Shown here in pieces: positions 26,748-39,069 of a DNA stretch of 64,000 bases (within the stretch, counting starts at the first letter, position 1; every line of letters starts with the position of its first letter). A program made the translations under genes and the position numbers. A model generated the notes under the pieces. That model saw only the letters and a list, made by a program, of their open reading frames with translations, was not told where the DNA came from and did not search any database. The DNA comes from Octopus sinensis. Its lineage: Eukaryota. Location: positions 10,168,001-10,232,000 of the forward strand of contig NC_042998.1 in assembly GCF_006345805.1 (NCBI RefSeq), written 5' to 3'.

Positions 26748-26897
26748 TCTTTTCTACCCTAGGCACAAGGCCCGAAATTTTTGGGAAGGGAGCCAGTCGA
26801 TCAGATCGACCCCAGTACGAAACTGGTACGTAATTTTTCGACCCCGAAAGGATGAAAGGCAAAGTCGACCTCGGCGGAATTTAAACTCAGAACGTAA
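26748..26897 (-). mobile_element. 5'-truncated SINE family A with TSD
   Basis: AAAATCGGCTA(T/C)AATAAT repeated on both sides. Confidence 0.88.
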
Positions 26898-28435
26898 AAT
26901 CGGCTACAATAATGTAGCCTTCCAGTCTCATTGTATGATGTTGTGGAGAAAAAGATTGGAGTAAAAAGTTAAAGAAGTTTAAAAATCGAAAAAACTGTGT
27001 ATTTTTAGCCAATAGCGAGATAGAAATCTTCCGCGTTTAACGGAGCGGTGTCAACTTTAAGGTTGTATCCTGTAAAATTTATAGTTTAGCGTCTGACCTG
27101 TTCATTGTAGGTTTCTCTAATAAACAGAAATACCTAATAAAATCAACACGTATCATCTTACTGTTTCTTTTGTCTCTTCATTGATTGTATTTTTATAAAT
27201 CATTTTTCAAAATTTATTTTATTGTTATATATTTATGATATATTTGTCTGCGTATGTTCACTTTATGCATGTTTCAGTATTATGTATACCTGTCATGTAT
27301 TTGTGTACATCATTAATATATAAGTGCATGTGTGTGCGTGTGTGTGTGTGTGAAAATGGGGCGTCTGTCTCCAAAACTCCAAAGTTGAGTAACGTTTTCA
27401 TGCTTGAATTTGTAAACTACTATAAGAATAACGCTAGTCAACAAAGAATTTGTCCCAAGGAAAAGAATACCTGTATCTTATATGCTTTTGCAAGCAGAAT
27501 TCAAAAATAATGTCAAATTATCTATATCACCCACTGTTTCTTTGTCGCAGTTTAAATTTTTATGAATAGAATTAACCTAGAGAAATCATAAATCCAGCTG
27601 TCTGAGCCAATGAGTCACCAAAATATATGAAATGAAAAATATATAAAAATACTAACACAGGAAAAGCACAAAAATACTAACACAGAAGCACAGAAAAGTA
27701 TATAATATACTAATACACAGAGAAATTAAAACAAAACATGCGGGTGAAAAGGATCTCGTGGTGTGAAGCATCAAGTGTGAAAAACCAACATAGACAACAG
27801 CGGCACAGACACCAGAGAACCACAACACAGCGTGCAGTTGTCATGGTAACAAGCTGTTAATGCCATGCTGTCTGTTCATTGGCTAAAATTACCCAAAGTA
27901 CCCAACTTTAATTCTAAATAACATCAGATTCTTTAATTTATGAGATAAAGTAATTGGTTGATCGTAATCAAAATTCAGAATTGCATCGATACAGCAAAAG
28001 TGAAGGCAATCTGAGCAAAATTAAAGGGGGCTCATTTTGCGAATGAGAAAAACTAGATCCATATCACATCCTTTACACCCACTCTCACATACCCCACCTC
28101 GACCTCCACCCTCAGACTAACCCACACACCACCCTTGTTTTCCCACTCTCGCTTCCCCCACATCCCAACACCATCACACCACACCACACACTACTACGCC
28201 ATACACCACAATACCACACATCACATCACGTCACACCACCACCACGCACACACTGGCACTGACCACTTCCAAGCCCCACATCCACACATACACACATAGA
28301 CACACGCACACGTCAAGGTCACCAGACCTCTTCCACGCGCACATAAATGTTCTCTTATACATTCCTTTTGGGATCACCACTACTTTATTATCTCTCCTTC
28401 TTCCTAGCACTCCTGTGTGACTCCTCTGTCCCGCT

Positions 28436-28580
28436 TTCGCCATGATAGATCGCTAGCCACTACATATTCTATATTTTCTCTCCTTGTTTCTTTCTGTGGA
28501 AGAGCGTAGGCTCGAAACGTTAAAGACATTTTTACTTTCCGAGCGTTAAACTAATGCATCTGTTTGTTGTCTACACCGAT
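28436..28580 (+). mobile_element. Short Penelope-pLTR-like repeat with hammerhead-like motif
   Basis: TCTTT-CTGTGGA-A-GAGC(GTAG)GCTC-GAAA-CGTT-AAAGA; related pieces at 30637-30717, 41385-41463, 48229-48348, 48402-48522, 54825-55000. Confidence 0.65.
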
Positions 28581-29085
28581 TTTTCTAATTTTTATCCACA
28601 CAATCGTAATATACAATTGCAAATATGTATTTCTGAAAAATTTCCTTAAACAATATACATTTTAAGAGAGCAATAAAGAAAAATTTAGGAGATGAGAGAA
28701 TGATCCGAAATTCCACCCCAAATAATTTTCTTTTAAATTTCATCAAATCAATCGTAATCTACATCCTGAAAGCATATCTCTGCAAAATTTCATTAGAAAT
28801 ATGCATTTTTTCAGAAAGTAATCAGAAATAAAGTCATGTGAGTAGGTGTCTTTCACTTTGTTTTCTGCATGTGTGTATGTTTGTATGCATATATGTATAC
28901 ACACACACACACACACACACACACAAATAAATAGATATATAGATTGATAGATAGATACATAAATATATACATATAATCAATAAATGCATGCATATGTCAA
29001 TATATACATGTGTATAAATATATGTATGTATGTATGTATGTATGTACGTATGTATATATTTATATATGTATATATGTATGTATAT

Positions 29086-29712
29086 TAGGTTGTCCGGAAA
29101 GTTCTGAGCGATTTTCATAATGCAAAAAGAGATATAAATAATTGACATTTCAATAAATTTTATTCAATGAAATAATTTCCATTATTATTAATGACCTTTA
29201 TCCATCTATCAAGCAATTTAAATAATTCCATAAGTATTAAAAAAAAAAGTTATTTAGATGCATTTTGACTCCATCTAAATCGTTAAATGTTTTCCCTTGC
29301 AATGAGTTCTGTAGAGACAAAAACAAGTGGTAGTCGGATGGCGCAATATCAAGAGAATAAGGTAGATGGGGTAAGAGATCCCAGCCAAGTTCATGTATCT
29401 TTGTTCGGGTAGCCAAAGACACATGTGGTTGGGCATTGTCTTGTTAGAACACTATTCCATTTTTGATGTCAATCTCCGGCCTCAGTTCTTTGATTTTTGG
29501 TTCAAATTGTTCAGCTGACGACAGTACACATCTGAATTAATGGTCTTGTTTTGTGGGAGAAGCTCATAATAAATAATGCCTTTATGATCCTACCAAATAC
29601 AAAGCATAGCTATTTTGGCATGGATGTTCGTCTTTGGTTGCCATTTTGAGGGATCCTTACGCAAACTCCAGGATCTTTTTCGCACTACGTTTTCGCACGC
29701 ATTGAAGAGCTG
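29086..29712 (-). mobile_element. Mariner 3' half (transposase remnant and right TIR)
   Basis: TIR TTAGGTTGTCCGGAAAGTTC; minus ORF LGWDLLPHLPYSLDIAPSDYHLFLSLQN. Confidence 0.9.
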
Positions 29713-30560
29713 TTATCCTCTGAACCCTAGGCTGTTGCAGTACCTGGTTCTTTTATTAGATACATTCGGTACTATGCAATAGCGTCCAATACGAGCATTC
29801 ATATAACACTTGATGCACTTTGCTGCCAACTTGGAAATGTGTATGTGTATGACCAGGTCTCTAACTGTTTGTGACTCTGAGATTGCAGTAACTCCGGGTC
29901 CTGTAAATGCCGGTTGTGGAGCATTAGTGATCTTATAGCGCAGTGCTTGACATTTTACAGTATTAAATTGCATATTGTTTTGCTCTGCCCACTTGTATAT
30001 TGCATTTAAGTCGTTCTGCATGTTTACGACATCATTACGATACTTTATTGCTAGTGATAATTTTGTATCATCGGCATAGCTAGTGAGAGTGGCTGTCTGA
30101 GTAACTGTGGGCATGTTGAAAAGGGCTACTATAAACATTGATGGCCCTAAGACAGTTTCCTGAGGGACACGGCTCAAAATTTGTGTTTCCCTAGAGGGTG
30201 CACCATTGGCTGCATCTGTCTGACTTCTATCATTTAGGATGTCATGCAGCCGTTCTAATTTACCAGCTATACTAAGATTTCGCAACTTGTGACATATCAC
30301 CGACATTTGAATGGTCGACCAGCTGCTTCAGGACCCAGTCATGATGCCGTAAGAACTGTGTGAGGCAGATCCAGCCTGGACGGAATCCATGCTGAGTATC
30401 GTTCAGCAAGTCATTTTCTTTTAGGAATGTAATCAGTTTGTTTCTGACAATTCGCTCCATGACTTTGCTGATATGTGAAGTCAGAGAGATGGTTCTGTAG
30501 CTTTTGGCCTCTGCTCTGCTTCAACCTTTATGGATAGGGCATATGATGCCTTCTTTTAGC
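29713..30560 (-). mobile_element. CR1/L2-type LINE reverse transcriptase remnant
   Basis: QHGFRPG..CLTQ, VPQETVLGP, YADDTK, KWAEQNNMQFN. Confidence 0.9.
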
Positions 30561-30569
30561 TTCATATAT

Positions 30570-30627
<58 letters not shown>

Positions 30628-30879
30628 TATATATATAAGTAAAAGGTGAAGAGAGGTGTATGAACAACAAGCAGGTGTATTAGTTTGATGCTCGGGAAAG
30701 TGAAAAAGTCTTTTACGTATGTATGTATGTATGTATGTATGTTGTATGTATGTATGTATGATGTATGTATGTATGTATGCATGCATGCATGTATGTATGT
30801 ATGTATGTATGTATGTATGTATGTATGTATGTATGTATGTTATGTATGTATGTATGTATGTATGTATATTATATATATA

Positions 30880-30923
<44 letters not shown>

Positions 30924-31005
30924 TTGGGAATGGATGCGTCGCATTCAATTAAATAAATGATATATAAATATGTATGTGTGTGTGTGTGTGTGTGTGTATA
31001 CATGC

Positions 31006-31173
31006 ATATATGGGTACAGGACGTCCCCAACGCTGCTAATAACATACATATGAGAGATAGATACAAGACGTGGACATTAATTACAGGACAAAAACCAGTG
31101 AAATACGTAGTCTTGTATCTATCTCTCGTGTGTATGTTATTTGCACCGTTGGTGACGTCTTGTACCCATATAT
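31006..31173. repeat. Fold-back element, ~64-bp inverted arms with ~40-nt loop
   Basis: ATATATGGGTACAGGACGTC..GATACAAGAC / GTCTTGTATC..GACGTCTTGTACCCATATAT. Confidence 0.92.
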
Positions 31174-31218
<45 letters not shown>

Positions 31219-31593
31219 TACACTAATCTCTCTCTCCCCTTTTCGCTCACTCTCACTCTCACTCTCTACATGCGCGCACATTTATACTCACACATACAAA
31301 CATATATATGCATGTTATTTACAAGCTACGGAACTTATTACACAAAGCGAAGTATATATATTTTATTGCTCGAGATTGCAACAAGAGTGACTCAGACAAA
31401 TAAATATGCATATGATTGCCTTTTCTCTTTTTCATTTAGTATTCACTGTGACCGACAACCTGCTTTGTATTAGACTGAAAGAAAGTCCATTCGTATTTTC
31501 GACATGATCACTTTGAAGTCATTTTTTCAATATTACTAAGCATCTGTTTTTACATTCCAATGTTGTTCTTCCTTTGCAAATTACTTTATGTCA

Positions 31594-31951
31594 TCTCTCT
31601 CTATATAAACGGCAGTTTGTCTGTGTGTCTGTCAGGTTGTACCCTCACCCTGACCACGGCTTTCAACCAATTATGATGAAACTTGACACACACATAGCCC
31701 AATGTCATAATTCAAAACTAACGCAGCGAAAATTTTGAAAAGTTCCCCCAGTTCTGAAAAAAATCGATAAATTCGACATGGGGTCGAGAATCAGAAACAC
31801 AAACCACAGACTCTCTAGGGGTCGCAACTCGACCTTTTTAACTAAAAAAAATTTACCATAATTTTTTTTCCATTTTTTGGCTATAACTCTCTAAAAATGC
31901 TTTATAGTTATTTCCCTTACAAACCCGAGCAACGCCGGGCGATACTGCTAG
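31594..31951 (+). mobile_element. Non-autonomous Helitron (chimeric)
   Basis: A|TC start, CCCGAGCAACGCCGGG hairpin, CTAG|T end. Confidence 0.88.
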
Positions 31952-32009
31952 TAGTGTTTAAATTCGTGTCGATTTTACTATTTTAAAATGAGTTTAGATC
32001 AGACTCATG

Positions 32010-32368
32010 CTGTAGTTCTTATATTAGATACATTCGGTACTATGCAATAGCGTCCAATACGAGCATTCATATAACGCTTGATGCACTTTGCTGCCGACTT
32101 GTTAATGTGTATGTGTATGCCCAGGTCTCTAACTGTTTGTGACTCTGAGGTTGCAGTAACTCCGGGTCCTGTAAATGCCGGTTGTGGAGCATTCGTGATC
32201 TTATAGCGCAGTGCTTGAAATTTTTCAGTATTAAATTGCATATTGTTTTGCTCTGCCCACTTGTATATTGCTCTACCCACTTGTATATTGTATATTGCTC
32301 TGCCCACTTGTATATTGTATATTGCTCTGCCCACTTGTATATTGTATATTGCTCTGCCCACTTGTATA
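32010..32368 (-). mobile_element. Second copy of the LINE segment at ~29747-30002 with 27-bp tandem repeats at its 5' end
   Basis: Near-identical by eye; IYKWAEQYT repeated. Confidence 0.88.
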
Positions 32369-33790
32369 TCCTACTCATGCTGTAGGAATTCAAAAGGGAG
32401 TCTTCAGCAATGGATGCAGCAGTGAATATTTGTTCTGTCTACGCGGATGAAGCTTTAAGAACCTGAAGATGCCAACGATGGTTTGACTGGTTTGCTCAGG
32501 AAGTTGTTCTGTCGCCAGATCCCTCTCGATCTAAACGATCAAATTCTATCAATATTGAGCTTCTGAAGATCGTAGTTGAGGAAAATCCAAAGCTAGCTCT
32601 TTTACTCTTTTACTTGTTTCAGTCTATTGACTGTGGCCATGCTGGAGCACCGCCTTTTGTCGATCAAATCGACCCCAGGACTTATTCATTGTAAGTCTAG
32701 TACTTATTCTATCGGTCTCCTTTTGCCGAACCGCTAAGTTACGTGGACGTAAACACACCAGCATCGGTTGTCGAGCGATGTTGGGGGGTGGGACAAACAC
32801 AGACACACAAACATATACACACATATACATACACATATATATATATACATATATACGACGGGCTTCTTTCAGTTTCCGTCTACCAAATCCACTCACAAAG
32901 CTTTGGTCGGCCCGAGGCTATAGTAGAAGACACTTGCCCAAGGTGCCACGCAGTGGAACTGGACCCGGAACCATATGGTTGGGAAGCAAGCTACTTACCA
33001 CACAGCCACTCTTACGTCTAACTGTACAATAATTAACAAAATTGTTCAATTCCAGTTACACTTTGATCTTAAAACACCTTCATGAAGAAGAAAAAAGTAT
33101 CTAAATTGGTCAGTGAGTCCCTCATCATCTGATTGATTCTCAGATTAAAGAGTTCATAATAGAAGAGTAAAATTGTCACCAAAACATTCCTAGGTAGAGT
33201 CATCAGAAGCGACGGAAAATTGGCTCTCTGTAATTATATCCAACGAAAATAACAATGGTTAGCACTCAATGAAACAGGAGAACCCTTCTTCGTATCAGGG
33301 CTACACCCAAAACATTATGCCGTGTGTTTGGTGGGATATGAAAGGCGTCGTCTATCATGAAGTGTTAAACCAAGACAAAACGGTTAATATGAAGAAGTAC
33401 TGTCGTCAATTGGAAGCATCGCACAAAAATTTGCGGCATCATATGACATCATTGGTCAGTCGTAAAGGGATGTTGCGCTTAAAATATAATGCAAGAAGCG
33501 CATATTACGCAAGTCACCCAGGAAAAGATTATAGCACAAAATATGGAAGTTTTGCCTTATTCTCCTAACTTTCGTGATCTTGTTCTGTCATCTTTTCAGA
33601 TCATTACAACATTATTTAGAGGGAAAACGGTTTATGACTTGTGAAGAGGTTAAGAATGATGCTGAGTGTTTCTTTGCTTCGACACCTGAAAAACTTTACG
33701 CCGTCCAAAACCATACTGTGAGAAATATACCATGCAAATTACTAGTCTAAAATTTTCATAATATATAACATTGAACAGTAAGATTATTAT
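32369..33790 (+). mobile_element. Decayed mariner transposase interrupted by a SINE
   Basis: AAVNICSVY..CQRWF..VEENPKL, *VPHHL, MPCVWWDMKGVVYHEVL, YSPNFRDL. Confidence 0.85.
32599..33018 (-). mobile_element. SINE family B, full length
   Basis: Family head, core, internal microsatellite and tail. Confidence 0.92.
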
Positions 33791-33795
33791 AATTA

Positions 33796-34591
33796 TCTCT
33801 ATATATATAAACGGCAGTTTGTCTGTCTGTGTGTCTGTCAGGTTGTACCCTCACCCTGACCACGGCTTTCAACCGATTCTGATGAAACTTGACACACACA
33901 TAGCCCAATGTCATAATTCAAAACTAACGCAGCGAAAATTTTGAAAAGTTCCCCCAATTCTGAAAAAAAATCGATAAATTCGACATGGGTCGAGAATCTA
34001 AGCTTTTTATATGCAACACATTTTCTACAGACTGTCTAGGGGACGCAACTCGACCTTTTTAACTCTCGGAACAAGTGGGGTAAGTATCCCAAAATGTATA
34101 AAAATGTACAAAAACGGCAAAAAGCGGCAGCAATGTGAGTGACAACAACGAAAAAGTCAAAAGTGACCAAACTGAACAAACGAATGGAAAAGGTTTTTTG
34201 ATGCACACGACAAAAGCGGTTTATAATAAACCAAGAGTTTGCAAGTAGCGTCCGAGGACCCTTAGGGTACGTCAAAAATTTAAGGTAAAACGTTTGGGTG
34301 GTAGTTATAAAGAAAGTGTAAACAAAAAAAGTATTCGAATAACTTGCGGCTGCAGCAGCTATTAGCAGAAGTGGCGGTGTTGAGGGTAAAGTCTCAAATG
34401 TAATTTCTTCCTGGTAAGAATTGGTTGGTTTGAATTATCGATAGCTGTTTGATAGTTATTTGGGGGTGAAGAGAATACATTGCAACCTACACATGCGCCT
34501 TCGTTCCCTAGAGGGAAAGGACTAGATTAGGATTAGTCGTTGCCTACTAGGGGCTCTTACATACCCGGGCAACGCCGGGCTATGCTGCTAG
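33796..34591 (+). mobile_element. Non-autonomous Helitron
   Basis: A|TC start, (CTGT)n near 5' end, CCCGGGCAACGCCGGG hairpin, CTAG|T end. Confidence 0.88.
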
Positions 34592-34823
34592 TATAATATA
34601 TAAGAGCAAATAGTTTTAAAATCACAGCGAATATCATCAATTTGCTTCATATGGGATTATGTTATCAATAATGGTGGAGGCTCTGTTATCTTGATTAAAT
34701 ATATCAATTATGACCAAAGAAACCATTTGTTTGCTTTCTCATCTTGAAATATGACAACTTTCTTTTCAATCAAGCAGCAAAGGTTTGAAGGAAAGCTTCT
34801 TGTTTTGTTCAACATCCTACAAT

Positions 34824-34876
34824 CTACTACTACTACTACTCCACCACCACCACCACCACCACCACCGCCGCCGCCG

Positions 34877-34944
<68 letters not shown>

Positions 34945-34972
34945 ACTACTACTACTACTACTACTACTGCTG

Positions 34973-35010
<38 letters not shown>

Positions 35011-35042
35011 GCTGCTACTACTACTACTACTACTACTACTAC
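34824..35042. repeat. Compound in-phase triplet repeat (CTA)/(CCA)/(CCG)/(CTG)
   Basis: Directly visible. Confidence 0.96.
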
Positions 35043-35643
35043 AAGGAAACTAAACATTTGCACAGTTTCAAAGGAACGTCAGCATACTCTTGAACATGAT
35101 GGTTAAAAAAAAAAGACAAAAAAAAACAACAAAAACATGGAAACTAAAGAACTCAGAACGAACCCCGAACCATAGGATCTCGGCACTTGCTACTGAATGT
35201 CCATTCTGGTCTATTAATATTTATTGTATGAAACTAACATGCCAATAACAATAACAATACAATATTACTTTTGCAGGGTTTTTTTTTTTCCCTATTTCTA
35301 ATTCAGCTCCCGACTCTCACCGGATTTAGTCAAAGCCATTTGACGGCCGTGCATTGGGAATGAAGACAAATCATAAAAGCTGCGGCGGGATTTTGTATTA
35401 GGCTTACGTTTAAATTAGAGCTTATGGAGATCTAATTCAGATGTTTTCTTTTTTTATTATTATTGGACGAAACCATCGCATCTGTGTTTGAAATTGGAAT
35501 TCACTTTCTATGAATAAGCAATTAAGCGTATGCACATTGAGGATTTACGTTTAGCATACAAATAGAAATCTGCCGTTTGCTATGAATACGTAAATTTTGC
35601 CATATTAGATAGACTCATAGTTTGACGGTAAGAGAAGGCGAAT

Positions 35644-35876
35644 AAGGCGGCGAGCTGGCAGAATCGTTAGCACGTCGGGCGAAAAGCTTAGCGGTATTTC
35701 GTCTGCCGTTACGTTGTGAGTTCAAATTCCGCCGAGGTCGACTTTGCCTTTCATCCTTTCGGGGTCGATAAATTAAGTACCAGTTACGCACTGGGGTCGA
35801 TGTAATCAACTTAATACCTATGTCTGTCCTTGTTTGTCCCCTCTGTGTTTAGTCCCTTGTGGGTAATAAAGAAATA
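35644..35876 (+). mobile_element. SINE family A, full length with 17-bp TSD
   Basis: GGTAAGAGAAGGCGAAT at 35627-35643 and 35877-35893. Confidence 0.94.
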
Positions 35877-36701
35877 GGTAAGAGAAGGCGAATGCGAGAT
35901 TGAGAATTATTGGAAAAATACATATATATTTTTCATTGGTATGTTTGGTTATTTTGAGTGGCTGTTTTGCAAAGATGTTTCTAAATGATACACAACTGAT
36001 AATTATGAACTTTGATTTATCGATTAAGTGTACAGTCAGGTGTATTTACTGATGAAGAAACTCTCTGAAGTTACTGTTTGACTGAAACGTCACTGAACAG
36101 TTAGAGTCAAAACAAAGAGTCATTATGAAAGATTTGGTGACGCTTAAATCTCTCAAACCGATGTACGTGGGAGAATTGAAGTCCATACTTCAAGTTCAGA
36201 ACAGTCCTCAATAATACACTGCTCTCGCTTTTAACCGTCATGGAAACCTAGCAGTGAAGTGGAAGTAGTTATTTCGTTGCTGTTTTGACCCACGTTTGCC
36301 TTGATCGAGCAGACCTATGAACGAGTCAGTTCCAAATGTGGCCATTAATATATATTTTATAACTCGGACTACATTATCCAGTGTATCCTGTTCTTTTCTG
36401 CGGATAGAAGTATGTTATTTAAATGATATTTGGCTGCTGTTTCCAACAGATCGAGTGATTGTGTAGTGACTCCCTAATTAGTTCGGAATGGGACTAGTCG
36501 TAAGTATTGCGGTTAGCTATTACTGTCGGTTACAAATAACGAGAATTTGCATTTATTTGTCCACAGCGAGAAATTTTCTTCATAAAATACAGTGACTGGC
36601 TTTCTTACGGGTTCGAACGTGCCCCTAGCATATTTGAACTGGTAATAAATTTATATTTAGGCACATAACTGCTTAGCGCTTTTATTTCTTACATACACAC
36701 A

Positions 36702-36752
<51 letters not shown>

Positions 36753-36907
36753 CACACACACACACATACACATACACACGAATATTTAAATACATAGATA
36801 TGTATATATGTATGTCTAAAAAAAACATGTGTCAGACAAAACGGTTACTCATTTATTAGTTAACTGAGTCGGTATATTATTAATGAAATATAATACTATA
36901 ATACTAT

Positions 36908-37510
36908 AAGGCGGCGAGCTGGCAGAAACGTTAGCACGCCGGGTGAAATGCTTAGCGATATTTCGTCTGTCGCTACGTTCTGAGTTCAAATTCCGCCGAG
37001 GTCGACTTTGCCTTTCCTCCTTTCGGGGTCGATAAATTAAGTACCAGTTACGCACTGGGTCGATGTAATCGACTTAATACCTATGTCTGTCCTTGTTTGT
37101 CCCCTCTATGTTTAGCCTCTTGTGGGTAATAAAGAAATAGGTATTTCGTCTGCAGCTACGTTCTGAGTTCAAATTCCGCCAAGGTCGACTTTGCCTTTCA
37201 TCCTTTCAGGGTCGATTAAACAAGTACCAGTTACGCACTGGTGTGGATATAATCGACTTAATCCGTTTGTCTGTCCTTGTTTGTCCTTTCTGTATTTAGC
37301 CCCTTGTGGGTAGTAAAGAAATAGGTATTTCGTCTGCAGCTACGTTCTGAGTTCAAATTCCGCCAAGGTCGACTTTGCCTTTCATCCTTTCGGGGGTCGA
37401 TAAATTAAGTACCTGTTACGCACAGGGGTCAATGTAATCGACTTAATCCGTTTGTCCGTTCTTGTTTGTCCTCTCTGTATTTAGCCACTTGTGGGTACCA
37501 AAGAAATAGA
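36908..37510 (+). mobile_element. Trimeric SINE family A (one full plus two head-less units)
   Basis: Junction AAAGAAATAG|GTATTTCGTCTG twice; flanked by direct repeat GAAATATAATACTATA. Confidence 0.9.
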
Positions 37511-37546
37511 AATATAATACTATATTCTCTTACCAGCAACTTCGCC

Positions 37547-37700
37547 AATCGGTTTCATATGGGAATTGAGAAAACTCCGGCAATCATCAGAAATGGCCGA
37601 CAAGAAAAATATGGAGGTGAACAAAGAATCCGAGCCTTATTTTCCTTTCGGGTTTTCTGGTGATTGCCAGAGTTACCTGAAATCCTGTATGAAACCGATT
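37547..37700. repeat. Imperfect ~154-bp palindrome (MITE-like or hairpin)
   Basis: AATCGGTTTCATA..AACTCCGGCAATCATCAGAAA / TTTCTGGTGATTGCCAGAGTT..TATGAAACCGATT. Confidence 0.85.
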
Positions 37701-38207
37701 TGTTCTCGTGGTGATGTCCCCCCCCCCACCATCTATGCCCCGGTGGCAAATAAAAGAGGTTATCATCGTTATGATTATTAGTATTTTTATTATTACTACT
37801 ATTAGTAATGGTGATGGTTAACAACAACAACAGCAACAACAACAATGATTTCAAATTTTGGCATAAGGTCAGCATTTTCTGGGAAGGAGATAAGCCGATT
37901 ACAAGTTAGGATTTTTTTTTCTCCTTGCTTAACGTGAACACTATTTTATCAGCTCCCTTCAGATTATCATTTTTATAAGACGGAATATTGTCATGAAGGC
38001 AGAAGTTAGACGGGTGACTGAAAATGACGAAATACTGTATCTAAGATCAAAGATGGAGACAGAAGAATCGATGATCGCAGTGCATAGGAGATGGTGTTCA
38101 AAATTAAGGATAACAGTAAACTGTTTTAATTAAAATATGTAACGTTGGGATTTTAAAGATGTCTACTATCATTTTAGAGGTTTGGTTGCATATATAGATA
38201 TACTTAA

Positions 38208-38587
38208 CAGTGGAGGCGCAATGGCCCAGTGGTTAGGGCAGCGGACTCGCGGTCATAGGATCGCGGTTTCGATTCTCAGACCGGGCTTTGTGAGTATTTA
38301 TTGAGCGAAAACACCTAAAGCTCCACGAGGCTCCGGCAGGGGATGGCGGTGATCCCTGCTGTACTCTTTCTCTCACTCTTTCTTCCTGTTTCTGTTGTAC
38401 CTGTATTTCAAAGGGCCGGCCTTGTCACTCTCTGTGTCACGCTGAATATCCCCGAGAACTACGTTAAGGGTACACGTGTCTGTGGAGTGCTCAGCCACTT
38501 ACACGTTATTTTCACGAGCAGGCTGTTCCGTTGATTCGGATCAACCGGAACCCTCATCGTCGTAAACCGACGGAGTGCTTCCATCCC
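38208..38587 (+). mobile_element. SINE family C, full length with 12-bp TSD
   Basis: AGATATACTTAA at 38196-38207 and 38588-38599. Confidence 0.93.
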
Positions 38588-39069
38588 AGATATACTTAAG
38601 ATACGATGATTAAATGTAAGGTATAACTCTTTATTGATTTAACCTGGAGGAAGAGGCTGTATCCTTTCTCCGGCTTTTCGGTCACGGGTATGAAAGTGAA
38701 TATAACATTGGGTGTATATTTTAAACAGGTGTGATAGAAGCTACAGCTCAATAGGTCATATCAGAATTCATGCGTAAATAAACTGATATTCTCCAAGCTA
38801 TCTGATATTGTTCTATTTTATAGCCTTTATTCAATAAAATGTTCATTTTTGCAAGAAATATTTCCCTCATTGAATAGAACATATGATTTGACAAACTTGT
38901 CAGAATCAAGAGCACGGAGATAGTTCTGGTCTTTGTTATTAAAAATATGTGAAAGGCAAGATATAGAGCTTTGAAAGGACAATTAATACATTTGACATTT
39001 CAGGTAACACCAGTTTAGATAAGCAAACATTGACCTACTTCACCATATTATTTTTAGATCAGAACGAGT

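Noticed and set aside
37533-37676. Possible minus-strand coding exon (TTTCAG..GTAAG)
   Set aside because: Stops in all three frames; the region is a palindrome.
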